From an uncultured Lachnospiraceae bacterium (lineage in GTDB: Bacteria; Bacillota; Clostridia; Lachnospirales; Lachnospiraceae), in contig CABUAW010000004.1 in NCBI GenBank assembly GCA_902489645.1, forward strand, positions 13,667 through 77,666: DNA of 64,000 bases. Direction: 5' to 3'. The position numbers and the translations under genes were made by a program. This document shows, one piece after another, positions 19,646 through 28,077 of the stretch; position 1 is the stretch's first letter, and every line of letters begins with the position of its first letter. The notes under the pieces were generated by a model. It worked only from the letters and a program-made list of their open reading frames with translations. It had not been told where the DNA came from and did not search any database.

Positions 19646-21604
19646 TTATTTTTTCTGATAAGTTTCCTCCAGCTCTGGGAGCACTCCTCCTGTTGCAAGT
19701 GTCAGCGAGCTATCGTCATTCAAGTGAAAACTATCAGATAATTGATTACCCCCACATTCCCAACTGCAAATCAGATAATTACCTGATTCAATACTCCAAT
19801 CTGTATATGTATGAACACTTCTTCCCAGCACAACATCATCCCCGATTTCTGCTTTTAATGTTCCATTTTCCATATACAGAGTTAAGTCAATCGCTCCATT
19901 CGCTGAATAAGAACCCAAATACCGCTCTAACTCATTTTCTTCCATAAAGGCATTTTCTGGTGTTCCAGCGCTATTCTCATCTCTTTTATATTCTCCTGCG
20001 AGGGGAGCATTAAGCCTTTCCTGAAACGCTTTACTCATAACCAGATTTACCGTATTTTCATCCACTGACTGAATTTTCACTATTTCTGTTTTTGTAGTTC
20101 CATTCCAGTCAATTGTTAAACTAACATGAAGCTCTCCATTTTCATAGGTTGCCGCATCATCAATGATTGTATTAACTCCGCTGTTCCGTTGATCCAAAAG
20201 CAAAACATCTGCGGTCTGATTGCGAGAAACGTTTATTACTAAAATTTGCTGCCCCTTTAAAAATCTTCCGTTAAAATTTTCAATACCTTTAGAAGCAATG
20301 TCCTGTGTAACGCTTTCTGTCTCTTCGTCCATTACGAGGTATGTACCAGAAATCACATGTCCTGACTTAGCTTCAAAATGCGGATCTGTACTCAGCTCTA
20401 AAGAACCATTATTCTTGTCAATAGTGATTTTAGTTTCATCCGTTGGATAAGCGGCCAGCAACTCATTTTCCAAAGCAGCTTCATATTCTACATTCCAATC
20501 AGAAAAAGAATCGCTGAGCATAATAGTTGCTTTTGCATTATCTATTGGAACAACGTGCAAGATAATCCCATTAGAAGAACACTCATATACTCCTGCAAAA
20601 TCGTAGGTTTCATATAAGACGTCTTCTTCATCCTCGGATGTGAATTGCACTGATTCGGAAACAATAACATCTTCTTTTTTATCCTGTGCATTATTTCGTG
20701 TAGCTACTGCTGCAATACCGCCGCCAACAACTGCTACTGTTAAAATGGCGATAATCGCCTTTGCTGCAACGCTTTTTCCAACCAATCCAGCAACAGCCTT
20801 TGAACCTGTTTCAGCCGCAACTGTACCCCCAGCCATAGCAGATGTATGGACACATTCTTTTTCTATTGCCCAAAGCACGCTGTCTGACGGAATCTCCGCG
20901 GCCTGAACATCCATGTTTCTGAACAAAAGCAACAAGAACGGTATCGGGGCAAGGCCATAGAGTTTTGTTCCTTTCTTTTCCAGTTCCCGAACCTGTACTT
21001 CTATCTTTTTACGTCCATAATTCAAGCGGCTTTTCACAGTATTTTCAGAACAACCGACAATCTCTGCAATTTCCTTTACACTCATTTGTTCATAATAAAA
21101 CATACCGATCACAAGACGCTGTTCCTCGCTTAAGGTATCAAGAATCTCGTTGACAAGCCGAGCAGTTTCCTGCTGTTCAATCACTTGTTCGGGCAGATTT
21201 TGAACTCTGGTATCTTCAAACTCTAATTCTTCGCCGCTATCCTCGTCTGCCAGTTCTGAAAAGAGAACAGGCTTTTTTCTTTTCAGCCAATCTTTTGTTT
21301 TATTAGCTGCAATCCGTTTCATCCATGCCCGATAATTTTCAGGTTTATCCAACTGTTCCAGACTTTGAAACCCTTTAATATAGGAATCCTGAAGAATATC
21401 CAGCACAGTATCTTCATCTTTAACCATAGCCTTTATCGTGTGATACACATTATTATAGGTACGGTTATAAAGTTCCGTGATTACCTCCTGATCTCCGTTT
21501 ATCGCCTTTTGAATCATGTCATGTGTAAACACCTGTGATGTTCCACAATAGGGGCAAAAATTTACTGTATCATTTATATTTCTTCCACATTGAAAACATT
21601 TCAT
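19646..21604 (-). CDS. ECF sigma factor fused to an N-terminal zinc ribbon, a TM helix and extracytoplasmic domains
   Basis: CFQC/CPYC; region 2 (DILQDSYIK..RAWMKRIAAN); region 4 (LSEEQR..SVKEIAEIVGCSENTVKSRL); TM AIIAILTVAVVGGGIAAVA. Confidence 0.88.
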   Translation of the reverse strand: MKCFQCGRNINDTVNFCPYCGTSQVFTHDMIQKAINGDQEVITELYNRTYNNVYHTIKAMVKDEDTVLDILQDSYIKGFQSLEQLDKPENYRAWMKRIAANKTKDWLKRKKPVLFSELADEDSGEELEFEDTRVQNLPEQVIEQQETARLVNEILDTLSEEQRLVIGMFYYEQMSVKEIAEIVGCSENTVKSRLNYGRKKIEVQVRELEKKGTKLYGLAPIPFLLLLFRNMDVQAAEIPSDSVLWAIEKECVHTSAMAGGTVAAETGSKAVAGLVGKSVAAKAIIAILTVAVVGGGIAAVATRNNAQDKKEDVIVSESVQFTSEDEEDVLYETYDFAGVYECSSNGIILHVVPIDNAKATIMLSDSFSDWNVEYEAALENELLAAYPTDETKITIDKNNGSLELSTDPHFEAKSGHVISGTYLVMDEETESVTQDIASKGIENFNGRFLKGQQILVINVSRNQTADVLLLDQRNSGVNTIIDDAATYENGELHVSLTIDWNGTTKTEIVKIQSVDENTVNLVMSKAFQERLNAPLAGEYKRDENSAGTPENAFMEENELERYLGSYSANGAIDLTLYMENGTLKAEIGDDVVLGRSVHTYTDWSIESGNYLICSWECGGNQLSDSFHLNDDSSLTLATGGVLPELEETYQKK

Positions 21605-21624
21605 AGCTCCTTCCTCCCCGACAT

Positions 21625-21756
21625 TTATTCATCCATTGTGTATTGGACTAAAATTTCTAAAATTCTTTGCAATAGCTCTTCGGCAATCTCAGGAGATAAT
21701 TGTTGTTGCTCTACGAGCCTTTGAAAAAGTTCTATAAAAGCACTTTCTTCATACAT
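21625..21756 (-). CDS. Small 43-aa ORF not in the ORF track (MYEESAFIELFQRLVEQQQLSPEIAEELLQRILEILVQYTMDE)
   Basis: AGAGGTGGTAGG RBS; ends just before the RBS of the sigma gene. Confidence 0.5.
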   Translation of the reverse strand: MYEESAFIELFQRLVEQQQLSPEIAEELLQRILEILVQYTMDE

Positions 21757-21926
21757 ACCTACCACCTCTTTCTATTTCCTTGACGATTTCATTCGGCAAT
21801 AGGTTTTACTGAAATTTGTATTTTTTATGTGTTTAAAATCACATTATGGTGCATACGCTATTAAATGATAGCATAAAATGCCGTAAAATAACAGTGGCAA
21901 AATAAAAAAAAGAAAGGGGGAGGCTT

Positions 21927-22274
21927 ATGACGAATGATGTAAACTATCTACAGTTGGGAAAACGCATCAAAAAATACCGAATTAAGACACATTTAACCCA
22001 AGAACAGCTTTCCGACAAAATTGACGTTGCAACTTCAACAATCGCCCATGCTGAAAGCGGTACAAGCAAGCCAAGTTTACCCCTATTGATAAAAGTTGCC
22101 AATGCACTAAATGTTTCCCTTGATCAGTTACTTTGTGATAGTCTCCCTGTGGCGGAAACCTATATTGAAAAAGATATAGCCGATCTGCTTTCGGATTGCT
22201 CCCTTTCGGAGAAACAAATTATCAGAGATATTATCGCTGTCACCAAAGAAACGCTCCGAAAACACAAGGAGTAG
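21927..22274 (+). CDS. XRE-family HTH regulator
   Basis: LGKRIKKYR..LTQEQLS..AESGTSKPSL..ANALNVSLDQL; divergent from the sigma operon. Confidence 0.9.
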   Translation: MTNDVNYLQLGKRIKKYRIKTHLTQEQLSDKIDVATSTIAHAESGTSKPSLPLLIKVANALNVSLDQLLCDSLPVAETYIEKDIADLLSDCSLSEKQIIRDIIAVTKETLRKHKE

Positions 22275-22323
22275 AGCAGAGAGCCTATGTATCAGCCACA
22301 GGCTCTCTTTTCAATTTTTAGAA

Positions 22324-22950
22324 TCAAAAGTTACAGGAAGCAACATAGACGTATGAATTGTCATTGGTACATTCTTTTACCATTTGGGGATAATTCTCTT
22401 TCCACTCAGCATATGCTTCATCTTCCATGAACATCTTACCTTTCCATGTGTCGCTTTCCCAATCATAAAACAATTCTGCATAAAAATCTTCATCCAGAGT
22501 AAAGCTCCAATCTGACACTTTGCATTTTGAAACAGGTTTTCCCTCTTTTGTTATGAGTTTGCACCAATCTTTATCAAATGTACAAAAGCTAAAAAGTCCA
22601 TTTTTATAATTTTTATTACAATATACATTATTGTTTTCCACGCGATAATCTCCATGACCAGTAATTTCAATCCAACTTGCAATATCATCATTTTCTAAAG
22701 CTGCTATTACTTTTTTTTCATATTCCACCCCGTGGACAGGCTCTTCTCCTTTTTCTAATAATCTTGCAAGGTTCTCTTTTAGGGAATTGAGGAGCCTTTT
22801 ATGATACTGAAAATCAGCTCTAAAAGCGCTTACATCCTCATATAAAAATTCAGGTACGGAAAATTCAAAACAATATTTTTCCATTCTCTCATTCAGCATA
22901 TCCCTTGTTAAATTTTCATTATTTGTAACAATCGTAAATTCAGTCCACAT
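22324..22950 (-). CDS. Hypothetical protein downstream of cassette copy 2
   Basis: 208-aa ORF with AAGGAGG RBS; no motif recognised. Confidence 0.7.
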   Translation of the reverse strand: MWTEFTIVTNNENLTRDMLNERMEKYCFEFSVPEFLYEDVSAFRADFQYHKRLLNSLKENLARLLEKGEEPVHGVEYEKKVIAALENDDIASWIEITGHGDYRVENNNVYCNKNYKNGLFSFCTFDKDWCKLITKEGKPVSKCKVSDWSFTLDEDFYAELFYDWESDTWKGKMFMEDEAYAEWKENYPQMVKECTNDNSYVYVASCNF

Positions 22951-22967
22951 ATTTACATCCTCCTTTA

Positions 22968-23066
22968 TTTTGATATTTTTTGTTTGTTTTGTATCATAAT
23001 TAGATTATAGCACATATTCGCTATCTGTCAATAGTTTTGATACAATTTTGTTAAAAAATATCAAAA
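22968..23066 (-). promoter_or_regulatory. Operator-promoter-operator cassette, copy 2 (inverted)
   Basis: Same architecture and spacings as copy 1; 31 bp identical core (22987-23017 vs 15090-15120). Confidence 0.85.
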
Positions 23067-23077
23067 TATATTATGGA

Positions 23078-23368
23078 CTATGCTTCTACTGAAAGATCAC
23101 TCAGAAAACGTCTTAATGGAAGAAACTTCGCTTCATCCAGTAATTCATCATGCCCTGAATCCAGAATTGCTTCAAAGGCTATATAATCAGACACGGTATA
23201 CGCCTTATAATGTGTCTCATCACTGTCTATCAGAACATATTCTTCCGTCTTTAATTTTGTAATCCCTCTATGGCAATTCATTAACTCCATTCTTTCATTA
23301 TCCAAAATATTATTATAAGTAACAATCCCAACGATGCGATTGAGTTCATTATAAACATATAGCTTCAT
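23078..23368 (-). CDS. Hypothetical protein
   Basis: 96-aa ORF with AAGGAG RBS, directly downstream of the rep-like gene. Confidence 0.65.
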   Translation of the reverse strand: MKLYVYNELNRIVGIVTYNNILDNERMELMNCHRGITKLKTEEYVLIDSDETHYKAYTVSDYIAFEAILDSGHDELLDEAKFLPLRRFLSDLSVEA

Positions 23369-23384
23369 TATATTTATCTCCTTT

Positions 23385-24107
23385 CTACATAAAATCGTCT
23401 AGGAAGTCATCTTCCAGATCATCAAATTCTAGTTCGATCAAATCGGTAACTACGGGAACAACTGCGGCATCCTCGCTGGGAATCGGAAACAATTCCTGCT
23501 CTTCCTTTCGTATTTCAAGCATAACTTCAGGCGGCACATAGTATTCCTGTTCCTCTGGAATCGGAGCTTCAACGATTTCATCTGGTTCCTCGATCTTTTC
23601 CTCGGCATTGTCCTTTTGCTTTGCCCTTGCTTTTCGCTTTGCTTCCGTGTTGTACCAGCGTGTATATTCCTTATACTCCCAGTTATATAACTGATTATAG
23701 TTCGTCAATACCTGATTTCCTTGCTTATCATCAATTATAATCAGAAGATTATATTCAATTAAAGTATCGTAATAATCCTGAAGCGTTTCCATAGGAATAT
23801 CCGTATCTATGTGAATGTTATTTAACGCTTTTTTTAATGCTCTGTTATAAAGAGGAATCCCATAGCCAATTCCACGTGACATTTCTATACGTAGCGCAAT
23901 CAAAAAACCAATCGGCGCAAATCCTTTTTCTTCAATAAGTTCTTTCTCCGATTCGGATGACAAAAAGCTCTGTTCCAGCGTAATATATGTCAACGGACTG
24001 TCATAATTTTCGCCAGATGTTGTTTTTACTGGTTTATATGTAGCTTTGATGTAATCAAGATAGTGTTCTGGCATTGTAGCCAGATTTCTTAAAAATGGTT
24101 TATCCAT
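23385..24107 (-). CDS. DUF4373 (Lin1244/Lin1753)-like putative replication or DNA-binding protein with acidic tail
   Basis: KELIEEKGFAPIGFLIALRIEM..GYG..YDTLIEYNLL resembles the DUF4373 pattern; short repeats upstream. Confidence 0.5.
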   Translation of the reverse strand: MDKPFLRNLATMPEHYLDYIKATYKPVKTTSGENYDSPLTYITLEQSFLSSESEKELIEEKGFAPIGFLIALRIEMSRGIGYGIPLYNRALKKALNNIHIDTDIPMETLQDYYDTLIEYNLLIIIDDKQGNQVLTNYNQLYNWEYKEYTRWYNTEAKRKARAKQKDNAEEKIEEPDEIVEAPIPEEQEYYVPPEVMLEIRKEEQELFPIPSEDAAVVPVVTDLIELEFDDLEDDFLDDFM

Positions 24108-24145
24108 TGATTGTATTTCTCCTTTCATATTATTGAAAGGTGATT

Positions 24146-24228
24146 ACAAGTATACAGATAGGTAAAACAGACAAGTACACAAACAGATACAAGCACCAAG
24201 ACCAGAACGTAAACACTGACAAGCACAC
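24146..24228 (+). repeat. Iteron-like ACAAG(T/C)A(T/C) repeats, four copies
   Basis: Copies at 24146, 24171, 24189 and 24219 in an A/C-skewed tract upstream of the rep-like gene. Confidence 0.55.
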
Positions 24229-24386
24229 CGACCTGTAACCTTTTCCCCAGCACTTACCTTAATATAAATAGATACCTATACATATACAGACGGCATACAG
24301 ACTTCTATTGTATGTCAAATTGACAAAATAAACTGTCAAACAAAAAAGCTCTATTATCTCAATATAAGAGGTAATAGAGCCTTTAT

Positions 24387-25286
24387 CTATTTTGCCTTTC
24401 TTCTTCGTTCTGTCAGTGCAATTTTGACACGTTGAATATCGATCGCAGAAGCTAATCCGTATTTTTTGCAAACATCCCTGTTGCTTATCTGACCTGCATC
24501 CAATGCGCACATATCTTTTAAATATTCCTCTTTATCAGGAAGTGTGCCACGTTTCGCAACATTACAGATTTTTAAATAAAATAGTTTCAGGTGTTCGCAA
24601 TAATACGGTGTGCTTTCATAAGCCTGTGAATACTTGTAAAATGTCCTGTGTGTAATTCCAAGTTCTTGTTTACAAATGTCTACTGCAACTTCCGCTTGCT
24701 GCCATTTCCAATATATTTCTAAAAAGCGATCAATCGGTTCAGGAGCAGGTTTTTCTATCAAATGATCTAATTCTGATACAACTCTCCCAACTGTAGCATG
24801 CAACAAAAGTGCTTTTGACATTTCACGAACCTTTTCGTCTAAATTAGACAAGTCTATATCTGTTACAGGCTTATAGGAAAAATATTCGTTATCTAAAAAA
24901 ATATATTGCCTGTTATTAGCTGCAAGTGTCGATACCATATGAATCAGATGTTCCATTCCTTCCGTTTCAACAATATCTTTAATTGAGCGGATGTAGATAT
25001 TGCCATGAAAAGCTTCCAACTGGCATAGCAGTTCTAAAGTCTTGTTGATTGGTACTTTTCCGTTTGTAGGATCAGGAACGTTACGCCACAAAATAATAAT
25101 GTGGTCATTTATCTCGAATGTATGAGGAAATTCCTCATTTTTATTCTTACAGTAATTTCTCATTTCACTTCTAAATATTTCACAGACGTGATTGCTTTTT
25201 TCCTCATATGTTAATGAAGAATCATATTCTGAGTAGTCGGCACTGATTATCCCGTAAGGGAGCGATCCAAAATCAAAAAAATACAT
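24387..25286 (-). CDS. Degenerate serine-resolvase-like protein with two C-terminal HTHs; candidate element repressor
   Basis: Resolvase-like central pattern without YARVS or DRLxR; PIDRFLEIYWKW..ELGITHRTFYKY and a second LPD..GQISNRDVCKKYGL unit; divergent from the integrase. Confidence 0.55.
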   Translation of the reverse strand: MYFFDFGSLPYGIISADYSEYDSSLTYEEKSNHVCEIFRSEMRNYCKNKNEEFPHTFEINDHIIILWRNVPDPTNGKVPINKTLELLCQLEAFHGNIYIRSIKDIVETEGMEHLIHMVSTLAANNRQYIFLDNEYFSYKPVTDIDLSNLDEKVREMSKALLLHATVGRVVSELDHLIEKPAPEPIDRFLEIYWKWQQAEVAVDICKQELGITHRTFYKYSQAYESTPYYCEHLKLFYLKICNVAKRGTLPDKEEYLKDMCALDAGQISNRDVCKKYGLASAIDIQRVKIALTERRRKAK

Positions 25287-25340
25287 AGTAATCACCTCTC
25301 TTGTATACATTATATATCTTACTTTTTCTCCTGTCAATAG

Positions 25341-25439
25341 TTTTGATACTTTTTTGTATTTTTATATCAAAACAGTTGACAAATAACCCAAATGTGCTAT
25401 AATCAAATTATGATACAAAACAGCTTTTTGGTATCAAAA
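25341..25439 (+). promoter_or_regulatory. Cassette copy 3, driving the integrase; upstream operator shared with a divergent TTGACA-N17-TATAAT promoter
   Basis: Same architecture, 10,300 bp from copy 1; divergent promoter at 25337-25309 on minus strand. Confidence 0.85.
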
Positions 25440-25462
25440 TAAGATGCGGGAGGAATTAAATT

Positions 25463-26806
25463 ATGGCTAGAACAAATAACGTTGGTCTGACACAGCTTAA
25501 AAATGGAAACTGGTCATGCCGTATATATATGAAAGATCCATTTACAGGGAAACAAATTGATACATCTTACCGTCGTGATGAAAACAACAACCCTTTTAAG
25601 ACAAGGAAAGCAGCTTCAGATTTTCGTGCAAAAAAAATTGTGGAAATCAATAATCCTACAAAAATACCTCATACAGTGGAGGAAAAGACAATCGGTGATG
25701 TGTGGGAAGTGTACCTCAATGGAAAAGCAAAAGAAAAAGCCACATCAACAGTGACTCGTTATACTTCATTGTGGAAAAATCACATTAAGGAAAACTTTGA
25801 GAATGTAAAGGTAGATGAGCTAACCACCGCTCAAGTCGAGAATTTCTTACGTGATTTATACGATTCAGGTCTTAGCTATGCTTATGTGGAGGGATTTACC
25901 AAATTCTTTTGGCTAATTCTAGGTATTTCCGTTGACAACAACTGGATCAGCTATGAAAAATACCAGATGATGACGCAAAACAAAGGTACAAAAATTCATA
26001 TGCCAGCTAAATACGAGGATGATGATACAGAGGACAATCCTATTGAAATCTTTGAGGGATATGAAATCGCACAGTTAGACGGATATTTTAAAGATTCAAA
26101 CCTCTATACCGCTTTTCTAATGGGATATTACTTAGGTTTACGAATCAGCGAGTGTTTTGGAACTATGTGGACAGATATTAACTGGGCAGACCGTACAATC
26201 CGTATCAACAAACAAATGGTTTATGAAGATAATTGCTTTTGTCTGAAGCCACCCAAAACCAAAGCAGGATACAGAACGATTGATATTCCTAACGCACTAT
26301 ACGATCATTTGAAATATAAACTTCGCAGAGCAAGGAAGCAAAAACAGGGTATGGGGCAAGGGTATCGAGATTATGAAGTGGTTTTAGATAAAACAAAGAA
26401 AAATGTTGTTAAGCAGATTATAGGCGGTGACTTTATTAACCGCAAACCTAACGGAGAATTGTTGACAAATAACAGCTTCAAGTACCATGCTCAGCAGATA
26501 AAAGTCAAACTGAATATTGACTTTAAATATCACAGTCTCAGGCGTACCCACATTACACAGCTTGCAGCTATGAATACACCAATCAAAGAAACGCTGCTTC
26601 GTGTCGGTCACACTAAATACGATACGACAATGAAATTTTATGCGTCTGTCAACAGAGATACTAAAATTCGTCTGCTGGCAAATATTAACAACATCTCTTT
26701 AGAAGAACCGATTATTGATGTACCGCAAAGTGACGGAACAATCCGAAAGATGAAACAATCCGAATATGTGAAGTTCCAAAAAGCCAGTGCTTTAATGCCA
26801 CGTTAA
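25463..26806 (+). CDS. int: Site-specific tyrosine integrase
   Basis: N-terminal arm-binding-like region (FKTRKAA), GLRISE, KTKAG, HSLRRT, VGH..TTMKFY. Confidence 0.95.
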   Translation: MARTNNVGLTQLKNGNWSCRIYMKDPFTGKQIDTSYRRDENNNPFKTRKAASDFRAKKIVEINNPTKIPHTVEEKTIGDVWEVYLNGKAKEKATSTVTRYTSLWKNHIKENFENVKVDELTTAQVENFLRDLYDSGLSYAYVEGFTKFFWLILGISVDNNWISYEKYQMMTQNKGTKIHMPAKYEDDDTEDNPIEIFEGYEIAQLDGYFKDSNLYTAFLMGYYLGLRISECFGTMWTDINWADRTIRINKQMVYEDNCFCLKPPKTKAGYRTIDIPNALYDHLKYKLRRARKQKQGMGQGYRDYEVVLDKTKKNVVKQIIGGDFINRKPNGELLTNNSFKYHAQQIKVKLNIDFKYHSLRRTHITQLAAMNTPIKETLLRVGHTKYDTTMKFYASVNRDTKIRLLANINNISLEEPIIDVPQSDGTIRKMKQSEYVKFQKASALMPR

Positions 26807-26807
26807 G

Positions 26808-26827
26808 CTGTGTAAATACCTGTGTAA
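26808..26827 (+). repeat. Right-end arm-type repeats CTGTGTAA, two copies
   Basis: Copies at 26808 and 26820 match the left-end repeats. Confidence 0.75.
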
Positions 26828-26886
26828 CAAATTTTTGAAGTCAATTTTTCCTTGACAATTCAAGGAAATCCAGACATAATAAACAT

Positions 26887-26943
26887 GACGAAGCACGTCA
26901 CGGAAGAGCATTCAAAGGCTTATTAGAAAGATACTTTGGCTAA
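26887..26943 (+). pseudogene. Displaced original 3' end of rbr (DEARHGRAFKGLLERYFG*), attR
   Basis: 15/18 aa identical to the rbr C-terminus; host-like codons (CGT, TTA); followed by host-like terminator at 26971-27003. Confidence 0.9.
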
Positions 26944-27135
26944 GATAAAAATAAATAAAAAGTAAGACGGCGGATGCCGGACGTAAGTCCGGCATCCGTT
27001 TTTATCTGCGTATTTTAAATGGCTGTGATAATGTATGGAAAATCTAAGAAATTCGTAAGGCGCCCTTCCTTGACGTATCTATGAAAATGACTTAGAATAA
27101 AAGGTAATTTGAATAAAAGAACAGGAGATTTTTAT

Positions 27136-28074
27136 ATGCCGATTAAAATACAAAATGATTTGCCGGCCAGAAAGGTTTTGGAGGACGAGCATATTTTCGT
27201 GATGACGGAACGCAGAGCCTTGACTCAGAATATCCGTCCTCTGAAAATTTTGATTCTTAATCTGATGCCGACAAAGATTGAAACAGAGACTCAGATTCTT
27301 CGCTGCCTGTCAAATACACCGCTCCAGATTGAGATTGAATTGCTTCAGATGGAATCGCATACAGCGAAAAATATTTCAGAAAAACATATGATTACTTTCT
27401 ATCAGACATTTCCACAGGTAAAAGACAAATGGTATGACGGAATGATTATTACCGGAGCGCCGGTGGAACTGATGGATTTTGAAGAGGTGGAATACTGGGA
27501 TGAATTGTGTCAGGTGATGGAATGGTCAAAGACCCACGTCCATTCCACATTTCATATTTGTTGGGGGGCCCAGGCCGGGCTTTATTACCATTACGGTATT
27601 CCGAAATATATTTTGGATAAAAAGTTATCCGGTGTGTATAAACATTATTTAATTAATGCCAAATCCCGGTTATTCCGGGGCTTTGATTCGGAATTTTACG
27701 CGCCGCATTCCCGAAACACGACGGTTCGGGCGGAGGATATTGAAAAGGTTCCGGAATTAAAAATTATGGCGGCTTCCGACGAGGCCGGCGTTTATGTGGT
27801 GGGAAATCAGAGCGGCTCCCAGTTTTTTGTCATGGGCCATTCAGAGTATGATATTGATACCTTGTCAAAGGAGTATTTCCGGGATGTGGACAAGGGGCTG
27901 AATCCGGAAATTCCGGTAAACTATTTTGAGGATGATGACCCGAAAAAACAGCCGACGATGCGTTGGCGTGCCCACGGCACATGGATTTATTCGAACTGGC
28001 TGAATTACTTTGTGTATCAGACAACGCCATACATTTTGAACGAGGATGTTATTACTTTTACAGATGAGGACTAG
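27136..28074 (+). CDS. metA: Homoserine O-acyltransferase, MetA family
   Basis: ILNLMP, ITGAPVE, ICWGAQ and GHSEY motifs. Confidence 0.95.
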   Translation: MPIKIQNDLPARKVLEDEHIFVMTERRALTQNIRPLKILILNLMPTKIETETQILRCLSNTPLQIEIELLQMESHTAKNISEKHMITFYQTFPQVKDKWYDGMIITGAPVELMDFEEVEYWDELCQVMEWSKTHVHSTFHICWGAQAGLYYHYGIPKYILDKKLSGVYKHYLINAKSRLFRGFDSEFYAPHSRNTTVRAEDIEKVPELKIMAASDEAGVYVVGNQSGSQFFVMGHSEYDIDTLSKEYFRDVDKGLNPEIPVNYFEDDDPKKQPTMRWRAHGTWIYSNWLNYFVYQTTPYILNEDVITFTDED

Positions 28075-28077
28075 ATT

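Larger units (their letters stand above)
14780..26894. mobile_element. ~12.1 kb integrative (probably mobilizable) element inserted in the 3' end of rbr
   Basis: Shared core GACGAAGC at 14780-14787 and 26887-26894; duplicated recoded rbr 3' end; tyrosine integrase next to the right end; CTGTGTAA repeats at both ends; AT-richer than flanks. Confidence 0.93.

Noticed and set aside
15090..23017. Invertible segment between inverted cassette copies 1 and 2
   Set aside because: The 31 bp identity is real, but both promoters face inward and are equivalent, so inversion would change little; no active invertase is evident.
14780..26894. Prophage or self-transmissible ICE
   Set aside because: No capsid, terminase, tail, VirB4 or coupling-protein genes are recognisable.
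26885..26926. Short ATG-initiated ORF at attR (MTKHVTEEHSKAY)
   Set aside because: Out of frame with the rbr remnant, no RBS, no supporting evidence.
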